Source: Cellvibrionales bacterium (GTDB taxonomy: Bacteria; Pseudomonadota; Gammaproteobacteria; Pseudomonadales; GM7GCV1). Taken from it: a stretch of DNA of 64,000 nucleotides. Location of the stretch: NCBI GenBank assembly GCA_014323765.1, contig JACONM010000012.1, forward strand, positions 12,814-76,813. Direction: 5' to 3'. The notes beneath the pieces were generated by a model. That model saw nothing but the letters and a program-made list of their open reading frames with translations. It was not told the DNA's origin and did no database searches. Of the stretch, positions 29,873 to 38,054 are shown in pieces (the first letter of the stretch is position 1; each line of letters begins with the position of its first letter). The translations under genes were made by a program, and so were the position numbers.

Positions 29873-30642
29873 GTCCTATCGAGCAGTGGAATGCCTTCGC
29901 CACTATTGTGATAAAAGAGGTGCGCCGATTTATGCGTATCTGGACGCAGACGTTGCTGCCACCGGCGATTACTATGGTGCTTTATTTTGTTATTTTTGGG
30001 CAGCTTATTGGAGAACGCATCGGCACCATGGATGGCTTTGCCTATGCGCAGTTTGTGGCCCCGGGGCTGATTATGTTGGCGGTTATCACCAATTCCTACA
30101 GCAATGTGGTCTCCTCTTTCTTCAGCAATAAGTTCATCCGCTGTATTGAGGAATTATTGGTCTCACCCACTCCCAACTATGTGATTTTGACCGGTTACGT
30201 CATCGGCGGGGTCGCTCGCGGTTTGGCGGTGGGGGCGGTAGTAACCTTAGTCTCGCTATTTTTTACCGACCTGCAAATTCATAGCCTTCCCCTGGTGGTG
30301 ATAACAGTTATTTTGACTGCGGTGATGTTTTCTTTAGCCGGGCTAGTAAATGGAGTCTACGCACGTAATTTCGACGATGTGAACATTATCCCGACTTTTA
30401 TCCTGACTCCGCTGACCTATCTAGGGGGTATTTTTTATTCCATTTCTCTATTGCCAGAATTTTGGCAGGGCGTTTCCAAACTCAACCCTATTCTCTATAT
30501 GGTCAATGCGTTTCGTTACGGGTTTTTAGGGGTTGCCGATATTTCGGTTGGCCTTGCCCTAGGGATGATTAGCGTTTTTATTTTTATCTTTGGCGGTTAT
30601 GCCATGCATCTGTTGGCGGTAGGCAAAAATCTGCGAGCATGA
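29869..30642 (+). CDS. ABC-2 type transporter permease (YadH-like)
   Basis: 257 aa with 6 TM helices. Start overlaps the ATPase stop (ATGA). Confidence 0.8.
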   Translation: MSPIEQWNAFATIVIKEVRRFMRIWTQTLLPPAITMVLYFVIFGQLIGERIGTMDGFAYAQFVAPGLIMLAVITNSYSNVVSSFFSNKFIRCIEELLVSPTPNYVILTGYVIGGVARGLAVGAVVTLVSLFFTDLQIHSLPLVVITVILTAVMFSLAGLVNGVYARNFDDVNIIPTFILTPLTYLGGIFYSISLLPEFWQGVSKLNPILYMVNAFRYGFLGVADISVGLALGMISVFIFIFGGYAMHLLAVGKNLRA

Positions 30643-31475
30643 CTGTGGGCGTGAATAAAAATCAACCAGATAAAGAAAGCCGCTATCCGTGCGAATATGA
30701 TCCGTGCCTGCTACAAAAAATCGCCCGTGCCCCGGCGCGTGAGACACTGGGGCTGAGCGCAAATCCGGATTTTATCGGCTATGATGACTGGACACTTTAT
30801 GAATTGGCTTGGCGCGATGCGACCGGCAAACCACATATGGCTATTGGTCATTTGCAGGTACCGGCGGATTCGGTTTTTATGGTTGAATCTAAATCTCTGA
30901 AGCTCTATGTCAATAGCCTGTTTTACTGTTTTTTTGATAGCCCGGACGATCTAGTCCGACAGCTATCGGAGGATCTAAATCAACTTCTCGAAACTAAAGT
31001 GCGGCTGGAATTGCTGCCGCTCGTGGGGCGGGCGCAAAAACGAGTGGAAGGGCAGGGCGATTGGATATATATCGACGAGTTTGATGTCTCGCCAGCCGAG
31101 GGGCCCGATGCGGGATTGTTGCGACGGGGGGATATTGGTGCGAAAAATACTGTTCCGCACCGCTACGCCACCCACTGTTTCCGCAGCCGGTGCCCGGTCA
31201 CTGCGCAGCCGGATTGGGCCAGCGTCTATGTGCGCATCGATGGTGGCGTGCCCGATGCTAGGCAGCTGGCCCGCTATCTGTGGAGCTTCGCCGAACATCG
31301 CGCCTTCCATGAAAATTGCGTGGAACGCATTTATCGCGATATCTGGCAACGCCTGCGCCCGACCGGGCTATCGGTCGCAGCCCGTTTTACTCGTCGTGGC
31401 GGCATCGATATTAACCCGGTACGCGCTTCATCCGCTACCGTATTGGAATTACCGGAACGTGATTTTCGACAATGA
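30639..31475 (+). CDS. queF: NADPH-dependent 7-cyano-7-deazaguanine (preQ0) reductase, two-domain type
   Basis: DDWTLYELAWRD...VESKSLKLYVNS...CPVTAQPDWASVYVRIDG...HRAFHENCVERIYRDI...RFTRRGGIDINP; aligns along its length with E. coli YqcD/QueF. Start overlaps the permease stop (ATGA at 30639-30642). Confidence 0.9.
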   Translation: MTVGVNKNQPDKESRYPCEYDPCLLQKIARAPARETLGLSANPDFIGYDDWTLYELAWRDATGKPHMAIGHLQVPADSVFMVESKSLKLYVNSLFYCFFDSPDDLVRQLSEDLNQLLETKVRLELLPLVGRAQKRVEGQGDWIYIDEFDVSPAEGPDAGLLRRGDIGAKNTVPHRYATHCFRSRCPVTAQPDWASVYVRIDGGVPDARQLARYLWSFAEHRAFHENCVERIYRDIWQRLRPTGLSVAARFTRRGGIDINPVRASSATVLELPERDFRQ

Positions 31476-31534
31476 TTCATTTTGCCGGCACAGTGCGTTA
31501 AACTATGGCGATTCAACTCTTTGAGGATTTCGCT

Positions 31535-31927
31535 ATGTCCATTGCTCTCTGGTGCCTGTTTGCCGCAGGCGTGTTGCATTTTGCCTCTAAGCTTCCACTG
31601 ATTTACGCTCAGACGCAGGAAAGTGGTGGTTACGACAACCGCAATCCGCGCGCCCAACAGGCGGCATTGCAAGGCTGGGGCGAGCGGGCGTTGGCGGTGC
31701 ATAAAAATCAGATGGAAAGTTTTCCACTGTTTGCCGCCGGTATTCTAGTCGCGCTGTTCACCGATGCGGCTCCCAGCGCAGTCGATTATTTGGCATTGGC
31801 CTATATCCTAGCACGACTGGCCTATCTTTATTTTTACCTGACAAATGCCGCCACCGTTCGCAGCTTGGTTTGGCTGGTGGGGCTGATTAGCAGTCTGGCA
31901 CTTTTGTGTAGCCCGATTTGGGGCTGA
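31535..31927 (+). CDS. MAPEG family membrane protein
   Basis: Track ORF trimmed to ATG 31535 (MSIALWCLFAAGVLHF). ...YDNRNPRAQQAALQGWGERALAVHKNQMESFPLFAAGILVA is MAPEG-like. Confidence 0.65.
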   Translation: MSIALWCLFAAGVLHFASKLPLIYAQTQESGGYDNRNPRAQQAALQGWGERALAVHKNQMESFPLFAAGILVALFTDAAPSAVDYLALAYILARLAYLYFYLTNAATVRSLVWLVGLISSLALLCSPIWG

Positions 31928-31932
31928 GAAAA

Positions 31933-32898
31933 ATGTTAGGTGGGAGGCGCAAGCCGCGGCTGGTTTTCGTGGCGCGTCGATCGGCGCGTAAGTGGGGCAG
32001 TCAGAATATGCGTGTCTATCAGATGGCGCGGCACATGCAGCGTTTCTATGGCGATGTCTACGAGGTTTGCATTAGTTTTATTAGCCGCCGTTTTTGGAAG
32101 ATCGGGAGCAAAGCATGGGTGGCGATGCAACCGCGTGACAGCATTTATTTTATTTCTAAACATGTGGTGTGCGCTTGGGATTCAGAGGATTTGGATTGTC
32201 TGCGCCGCAAAGCCATGGCGGTATTGGTCGATTATGTCGATTTAGAAGTGCGGCACATGCGGCCCAGTGGTGTCGATGCCCATATCGCGGCGAGTTTTGC
32301 CGGTGCCCGTGCTTTGCAAAAAAAGCAGGAACGGATGCGGGCTGCCGGACAAAAAGTGGAAGGCAGTATTCATACTGTTTTGCACAACTATGATTCGGCG
32401 ATTGATGGCCTACAATTTCCCCCCACGCCAAAGTTGTCGGCGGTATTTCTAGGCGCAATGCATAATTTCGTAACCACACCGCAAATTGCGCCGGAGATAA
32501 CCGTTCTAGATGCCTACCAAAGGGCTGCATTCAAACGCAATGTTGGTCGTCTAGCCCAGTTTAATTGTCATTGGTGTGTGCGCCCCGATCAGGGTGCCGA
32601 TCCGGATAGACAGGTTTCGCCTTTTACCAAGGGTATTACCGCAACGGCCTGCAACGCGGTTATTATCACCAATCACCAAGTGGATGATGCGCTGGAACTT
32701 TTAGGGGGGGATTATCCCTATATGTTGGATTCCATTGACGCTAAAACTCTAAACGAAGGCTTCCGCCGGCTGAAGGAAACCTATGGCGGCACACCGTGGC
32801 GATCGGCATTAGAGCGAGTTATGCCCCTGAAGGAGCACACTTCACACCAAAGCATCGCGGGGCAACTGCATGCTGTTATTCAAGAAGTTAGGAGGTAA
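31933..32898 (+). CDS. Hypothetical protein (possible glycosyltransferase-like fold)
   Basis: Track ORF 31918..32898 (TTG); first ATG at 31933. No family recognised. The C-terminal half (SPFTKGITATACNAVIITNHQVDDALELLGGDYPY) weakly recalls GT-B C-domains. Confidence 0.4.
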   Translation: MLGGRRKPRLVFVARRSARKWGSQNMRVYQMARHMQRFYGDVYEVCISFISRRFWKIGSKAWVAMQPRDSIYFISKHVVCAWDSEDLDCLRRKAMAVLVDYVDLEVRHMRPSGVDAHIAASFAGARALQKKQERMRAAGQKVEGSIHTVLHNYDSAIDGLQFPPTPKLSAVFLGAMHNFVTTPQIAPEITVLDAYQRAAFKRNVGRLAQFNCHWCVRPDQGADPDRQVSPFTKGITATACNAVIITNHQVDDALELLGGDYPYMLDSIDAKTLNEGFRRLKETYGGTPWRSALERVMPLKEHTSHQSIAGQLHAVIQEVRR

Positions 32899-33232
32899 AA
32901 TATCCATGGTCACCGTGCCGAACTACCGAGCAATCCCCAGTGGTTGCTATTTGGCTATATCCGCGAGTGCCTTATCTGAATTTGGAAGTGGCGGTAGCAG
33001 ATGCGCTGGGGCTACTGAGTGGCACAAGTTTGGTTGGTAGCATATCAACTCCTCACCCACATGCTTAGATGGTATAACGGGATGGATAGCATTGAACGGG
33101 CTAACTGGCTGCATGACTTGGTTGGTTTAGTCGAAAACTAGCTGGCCAGATCTCGCTCTGGTTTTGCGTTATAATAGTGATGAGTGAGCAATACGATTTT
33201 TCCATAAATGAAAGAAATCTGGAGACATAGCG

Positions 33233-34063
33233 ATGCGAAATATCATTGTATGCATGCGTGACAAAGCGGCATCTTGGTGGAGGCCTGGGTGGTTGGTGGT
33301 TTGTTATGTTGCGGTTTTACTGGTTGGAATCGCTATCGTTTCTTATTGGTGGGACGAAATCAGCAGCGATATTCGTGTATTGACTCAAATTGGGTTAGGG
33401 TTTTTTATTAGCCTGTTGGGGCTGTTTGGCTTGATCAATAGTACCATGCAGAGGATAAATACCGAAGCTCAGCTGCAAAATGCACGATATGATTCGAAGA
33501 AACGCGATATTCTGTCGGCGTGGGAAACATTGCGGGTACCGACTACGGCTGACGGTGGAAAAATTGCGGCGTTGGAAATGCTAAACGATACTCAGATTGG
33601 TAAAGAAGGCGTATGTGTTCCGGGTGAAAACCAGAAAAGCCTAGCAGGCATAGATCTTTCCGCTCAAACCATGGGTGCGCAGGATGAACAACAGCGCACT
33701 TATCTGGTAGGGGTGCGTTTACCGGGAGCAAATTTACAATTTGCCAATCTCAGTCGTGTCAATTTTACGGGCGCGGACTTCAGTGGCGTAAATCTTTCTG
33801 GTGCGGACCTTAGCAATGCAGATCTTTCGAATGCTAACCTCAGCAAGACATGTTTTTGTGTTTACGATACACAGAACATACAAGTCAAACAGTCCGATGA
33901 TAAAGGGTATCATAGTATTGCTAGACCCTTAGATATAGAGAACCAAATTGCTAATCTCAGTCACGTGAATCTATCGGATGCCAATGTTAGCGATGCATGT
34001 TTCTTGCTAGCAGCATCCGTCTTATTGGAGAATATAGACAGTGTAAAATTTTCAGGATCTTGA
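33233..34063 (+). CDS. Membrane-anchored pentapeptide-repeat protein (ends at an in-frame TGA; see findings)
   Basis: Two N-terminal TM helices, then GANLQFANLSRVNFTGADFSGVNLSGADLSNADLSNANLSKTCF and HVNLSDANVSDACF pentapeptide repeats. Confidence 0.75.
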   Translation: MRNIIVCMRDKAASWWRPGWLVVCYVAVLLVGIAIVSYWWDEISSDIRVLTQIGLGFFISLLGLFGLINSTMQRINTEAQLQNARYDSKKRDILSAWETLRVPTTADGGKIAALEMLNDTQIGKEGVCVPGENQKSLAGIDLSAQTMGAQDEQQRTYLVGVRLPGANLQFANLSRVNFTGADFSGVNLSGADLSNADLSNANLSKTCFCVYDTQNIQVKQSDDKGYHSIARPLDIENQIANLSHVNLSDANVSDACFLLAASVLLENIDSVKFSGS

Positions 34064-34251
34064 GCGTGGGAAGATCGCCCGCCGCTTGTGCATGGAGAGG
34101 TAAAAATAGCAAAGTACATATTCAATAAATCAAAAAAAGATCAACGAGATAAGCGGCCAAATCGAGATCCAGACGGCTTTTTTACCACTAGAGAGCTTGA
34201 GGATGCGATTCAAATTTTTAATCACAAGAAATTTCCGCGCTAGCCAAAAAT

Positions 34252-35256
34252 TTAGTTGCGCAAAAGGATGAAATGCTCGATTAGTCGCACCATTATTTCT
34301 TTTTGCTCAGGTGGGCTTGCGGCTACTAATAGGGCTAGGGCTACTAGGGTGTTGTCGTTTATTAGTTGCTCGACTGGTTTGGCTAGTAGCGGTTGGTTTA
34401 GGCGTAAATACCATAAGAATAGAAAGGAACCGATGCGCTTGTTGCCGTCTGTTAGCGAGTGATTTTTAATTACAAAGTACAGTAAATGGGCGGCGCGGCT
34501 GGCTATGTTGGGGTAAAAGACGCTATCACCGAAGCCCTGCTCAATGGTTTCTAATGCCGAAGCTAGGCCATCGCCGCGTAGGTTACCGAATAGCTTGGTG
34601 GCTTCGCCTTTCATAATCAATGTCTTTTTAAGCTCGGCAATGGCCTTTATTACCTCTTCCAGTTTTAATGCCCGCATATTGGCCTGTTTATCTGGTAGCG
34701 CGTTTAGGGTTTGCTCATCGTAGTTTTGTAATAGACTCCAGCTGCGGGCGTATTCGTCGATTATTGATAGCATGGCCGAGCCTTCGGCGTTTTCTAACGG
34801 CTGATCGCTCAGGCTGCGGGAAAGTTTGCGAACCTGCCGCACCGCTTCTTCGAGCTCGGCACTGTCGCTCTTGCGCAGGCTGGGTTCATTCAGACTGTGG
34901 CCCTCCGTTAGGTGCTGTTTTAAGGTGCGGGTGGCCCAGATGCGGAATTGTGTTGCGCGGGACGAGTTAACTCGGTAGCCCACCGAAATAATGGCATCAA
35001 GGTTGTAATGGCGTAATTTTCGCCTGACTTGGCGCCGGCCCTCGCGCCGAACTATTGAAAAATTCTCGGTAGTTGTCTTTTCGTCAAGCTCTTGATCGGC
35101 AAAGATATTTTTTAGATGGAGGCTGACGTTGTCAGTGCCAGTGGCGAATAGTTTGCCGATCTGCGATTGCGATAGCCAGACGTTGCCCTGCTCAAAGGTT
35201 ACCTCCATCTGGGTCTCGCCATCCTTGGATTCGTAAAGATAAATGCTTTGATTCAT
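34252..35256 (-). CDS. RhuM-family N-terminal domain fused to a Fic/Doc domain
   Basis: The N-terminus (VWLSQSQIGKLFATGTDNVSLHLKNIF...HYNLDAIISVGYRVNSSRATQFRIWATRTLKQHL) is RhuM-like. The C-terminus has the Fic/Doc core motif HSLTDGNKRIGSF (HxFx[D/E]GN[G/K]R). Confidence 0.8.
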   Translation of the reverse strand: MNQSIYLYESKDGETQMEVTFEQGNVWLSQSQIGKLFATGTDNVSLHLKNIFADQELDEKTTTENFSIVRREGRRQVRRKLRHYNLDAIISVGYRVNSSRATQFRIWATRTLKQHLTEGHSLNEPSLRKSDSAELEEAVRQVRKLSRSLSDQPLENAEGSAMLSIIDEYARSWSLLQNYDEQTLNALPDKQANMRALKLEEVIKAIAELKKTLIMKGEATKLFGNLRGDGLASALETIEQGFGDSVFYPNIASRAAHLLYFVIKNHSLTDGNKRIGSFLFLWYLRLNQPLLAKPVEQLINDNTLVALALLVAASPPEQKEIMVRLIEHFILLRN

Positions 35257-35260
35257 GATG

Positions 35261-36691
35261 CTATTTCACCATCTTTATCCAAGTACCCGGCTCCGGTTGG
35301 CCGCTGGGGTAGTAACCGTTAATTAGGCGTAGCTGCAATTCGGTGTGGCGGCCTAGAGTGCGGTTAGCGGCTAGATCCGCAAAAGTCTCGCCCGGTTGCA
35401 AGCGATGGTAATAAATGCGCTTAATTCGCTCTGGTGGGAAGTCCTGCTCCGTGGCGCGGCGGAAACTTTTAATTAGAGCCAGCACTGCCTTATCCTGCGG
35501 TTTGGCGAGCGGCACCGGGGCGGCGGCGGTGAAATAGTATTCGTAGGAACCGGATTTAATGACTGCTACCCGCTTGCGCCCCGCTGCCGTGTCTAGCTGC
35601 GCATAGACGGCATCCCCTTTGCGCTGCGGTTCCTCGTACAGGGGGCGAGGGCGGCGCAATTTATCGACCCCGTGGCGGGTCTTTAACATCTCCTCGGCAT
35701 CTAGGGCGAGGTTTTTAGGTTTGGCGACATCGAGTTCCACCCGTAAATTATCCGGGCCGCTCAACACAATCGTGGAACCTTGGGTGGTTTTGTTCCAAGT
35801 ATCCGGAAAGACAAAAGTAACACCAAGCACCTCGCTGGCGTAACGCTGATAGCCGGGCGGCGCAAGCATGCTCTCGCTGGGGCCGAACACCATATTATCC
35901 AGGTGCTGACGATAGACATCGCGCCCGCGGAAATCCTCGCCGGGCGGTAATTCGCCCGCCTGCTCGACCGCCTCCCGCAGGCGTTTGTCGTTTTTTGGGT
36001 GAGTAGCGAAAAGACCGTGATAAGTGACGGGGCGTTCGCCCGCTTCACGCGCTTGCATGCTGCTGAACTTCTCATGGTCTTTGAATACCGAGAGAACTTC
36101 GATGACAGCGGCGGGGTCGTAACCGGCGCGGTGTAGGGTGCGGGCACCGTGTTCATCGGCCTCCAACTCCATCTCGCGTCCGTAGCCGCTGACCCGTGCG
36201 GCGTTTTCCAGCTGAATGGCCCCGCCGACTCGGGAACTTACGGTCGCGCTGGCGACAAAGGCGGCGACATCGCCGAGCCGTTGTTGGCGGCGCCGGCGTT
36301 GCGCGTGGCGTTCGGTCACATGCGCGATTTCATGCGCGAGCACGGCGGCTAATTGCGCCTCGGAATTGAGATAGCTGAGCAAGCCGCGGGTGATGTAAAT
36401 GTAACCACCGGGCAGCGCGAAGGCATTGATGCCGGGGCTGTCGACGATAAAAAAGTGGTAATCGATTTCCGGCCAGTCGCCGTGCGCAGCCAGCTTTTGC
36501 CCCACCCGATCGATGTACGCATTGAGGGCTTCATCGCGATAGAAGTGGGTGGTTTTCAGCAGTTTCTCGTGTTCCTTGCGCCCGATTTTGACTTCGCTGT
36601 TTTCGCTTTGTGCGGGCAGGGCTAGGCCGAGCGCGGGCAACAGCCACACCCAAGCCCAGAGATGCGCACGCGATCTGCCGCCTCGCCGCAC
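35261..36691 (-). CDS. M48 family zinc metalloprotease with C-terminal LysM-like domain
   Basis: Signal peptide, HEIAHVTERH (HExxH), downstream EADEHG, and a C-terminal YYHRLQPGETFADLAANRTLGRHTELQLRLINGY (LysM-like). Confidence 0.8.
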   Translation of the reverse strand: MRRGGRSRAHLWAWVWLLPALGLALPAQSENSEVKIGRKEHEKLLKTTHFYRDEALNAYIDRVGQKLAAHGDWPEIDYHFFIVDSPGINAFALPGGYIYITRGLLSYLNSEAQLAAVLAHEIAHVTERHAQRRRRQQRLGDVAAFVASATVSSRVGGAIQLENAARVSGYGREMELEADEHGARTLHRAGYDPAAVIEVLSVFKDHEKFSSMQAREAGERPVTYHGLFATHPKNDKRLREAVEQAGELPPGEDFRGRDVYRQHLDNMVFGPSESMLAPPGYQRYASEVLGVTFVFPDTWNKTTQGSTIVLSGPDNLRVELDVAKPKNLALDAEEMLKTRHGVDKLRRPRPLYEEPQRKGDAVYAQLDTAAGRKRVAVIKSGSYEYYFTAAAPVPLAKPQDKAVLALIKSFRRATEQDFPPERIKRIYYHRLQPGETFADLAANRTLGRHTELQLRLINGYYPSGQPEPGTWIKMVK

Positions 36692-36694
36692 TGG

Positions 36695-37372
36695 TCAGTC
36701 GCCCTCTGTTGCCGGTGCGAACAGGTCGGCCAGCTGCTTGGCTAGGCCGGTGCAGGCACTGCTTTGCACCCGCGCGATGAGCGGGACGGGCACCACCACG
36801 GCCGGAATGTAGGAGGTGCCCGTCGCCTCGGTGCCGATGCGCCCGACCTCGCGGGCGTGGGCGACATCCCAGATATTGGCTTCGTAGGTGCTCTCTTCTT
36901 CGCGCATGCCGAAACCGAAGCAACCGCCGAGGCCGATGCCGATGGAACAGGCCATGGAGCCGCGCTGGCGGGTGGTCTCAGTCGCGCCCTCGACCCACAC
37001 CAGATAGCGGACATTTTGCGCCTCCAGCCGCTCGCGCACCAGCGGTTCGTCCAGCGTTTGCAGCAGCTTCGGTAGGCTCAGGGGCGCGGTGCGCGGTTCA
37101 AACCAAGGGTACATCTGGTCGGTAAATTGCTCGGCGGGGATGACGCTGAGACCCGCAATATCCTGGCGCAAATTGTCGCCGATGCAGGCCAGCAACTCAT
37201 CTTCGGTCTCGTATTCCGGCGAGTGGTGGCGACCGAGGACCACCACGGCCTCGGAGTCGGGATCGATCTGCGCATCCTGCCAGCGGACATCGTCCACGGT
37301 GACGCTGGCGCAGCCGGCCACCAGCAGAGCGGGGCTGGCGAGGGCGATAAAAGCGAGCTTGCGCCAGCTCAC
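36695..37372 (-). CDS. Putative lipoprotein, unknown function
   Basis: LLVAGC lipobox after a short basic N-terminus. Start overlaps the upstream stop by 4 nt. Confidence 0.6.
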   Translation of the reverse strand: MSWRKLAFIALASPALLVAGCASVTVDDVRWQDAQIDPDSEAVVVLGRHHSPEYETEDELLACIGDNLRQDIAGLSVIPAEQFTDQMYPWFEPRTAPLSLPKLLQTLDEPLVRERLEAQNVRYLVWVEGATETTRQRGSMACSIGIGLGGCFGFGMREEESTYEANIWDVAHAREVGRIGTEATGTSYIPAVVVPVPLIARVQSSACTGLAKQLADLFAPATEGD

Positions 37373-38046
37373 GGGGCACCTCGGCGGCTGCGCAATTCCT
37401 GCTGGCGCAGCCAGGTTTGGATGGGCGGTTGGCGGCGCAGGCCGATGCTCAGCTGGGCACCAGTGTCGCGCAGGGCCATGGTGGCGGCGGCATTTAAGCC
37501 CGCCTGCGGCGATTGCAAAAAGGCACTCGGGGCCTTGCCGTAGCCGGTCAGTAACCAGTCGGCGATTAGCTCAGGTTCGGCGTCCGGTTCGGGCGGATCG
37601 GCGGTCACCTGCACCCGGTATTTCAGCCAAACTTCGTAGATTTCCGCCCGTGTCTCGCGGGGCATGGCGTATTGCAGGTCGACAATTTGCGGGTGGAGGT
37701 GCAGGTGCGGGGCAGATTTATCCGCGCTGGATAGCTGATCCGTCACCGAGCGGAACAGAGCCACCTGCGCCGCGCCCAGACTCAGGCTGATTTTGCGGCG
37801 GTCCTTGCGCTGCTCGGTAAAAACATAGCCGCTAAATTCGTCCGACAAATGCAAATGCGCCACCACCGGCAGGGCGGGCACCAGCGGCGCGGGGAACTGG
37901 GCATCGACCACGTAGTGGGTGCTGCAAGCGGGCAGTAGCAGTAGCCAAAGAATGCCGAGCAGCGCGGCGGCGAACAGGCGGCGGCGGGGATTGGGCGCGC
38001 GGGTGGGCATAAGGGTGGTCATAAGAGTCGGCGTAGCAGTCGGCAT
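37369..38046 (-). CDS. Putative lipoprotein, unknown function
   Basis: Hydrophobic signal ending LLLPAC. 225 aa; 8 nt downstream of the vWA gene. Confidence 0.55.
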   Translation of the reverse strand: MPTATPTLMTTLMPTRAPNPRRRLFAAALLGILWLLLLPACSTHYVVDAQFPAPLVPALPVVAHLHLSDEFSGYVFTEQRKDRRKISLSLGAAQVALFRSVTDQLSSADKSAPHLHLHPQIVDLQYAMPRETRAEIYEVWLKYRVQVTADPPEPDAEPELIADWLLTGYGKAPSAFLQSPQAGLNAAATMALRDTGAQLSIGLRRQPPIQTWLRQQELRSRRGAP

Positions 38047-38054
38047 AGCGGGGC

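Noticed and set aside
34061-34063. TGA in the pentapeptide gene read as selenocysteine
   Set aside because: I could not see a convincing SECIS-type hairpin immediately downstream, and there are no selA/selB/selC genes in the window. It is kept only as a read-through/pseudogene question in the findings.
26471-35260. Classical integrative island (integrase plus att direct repeat) at tRNA-Gly
   Set aside because: No integrase, recombinase or transposase ORF, and no visible repeat of the tRNA-Gly 3' end at the distal boundary. Only the compositional shift is reported.
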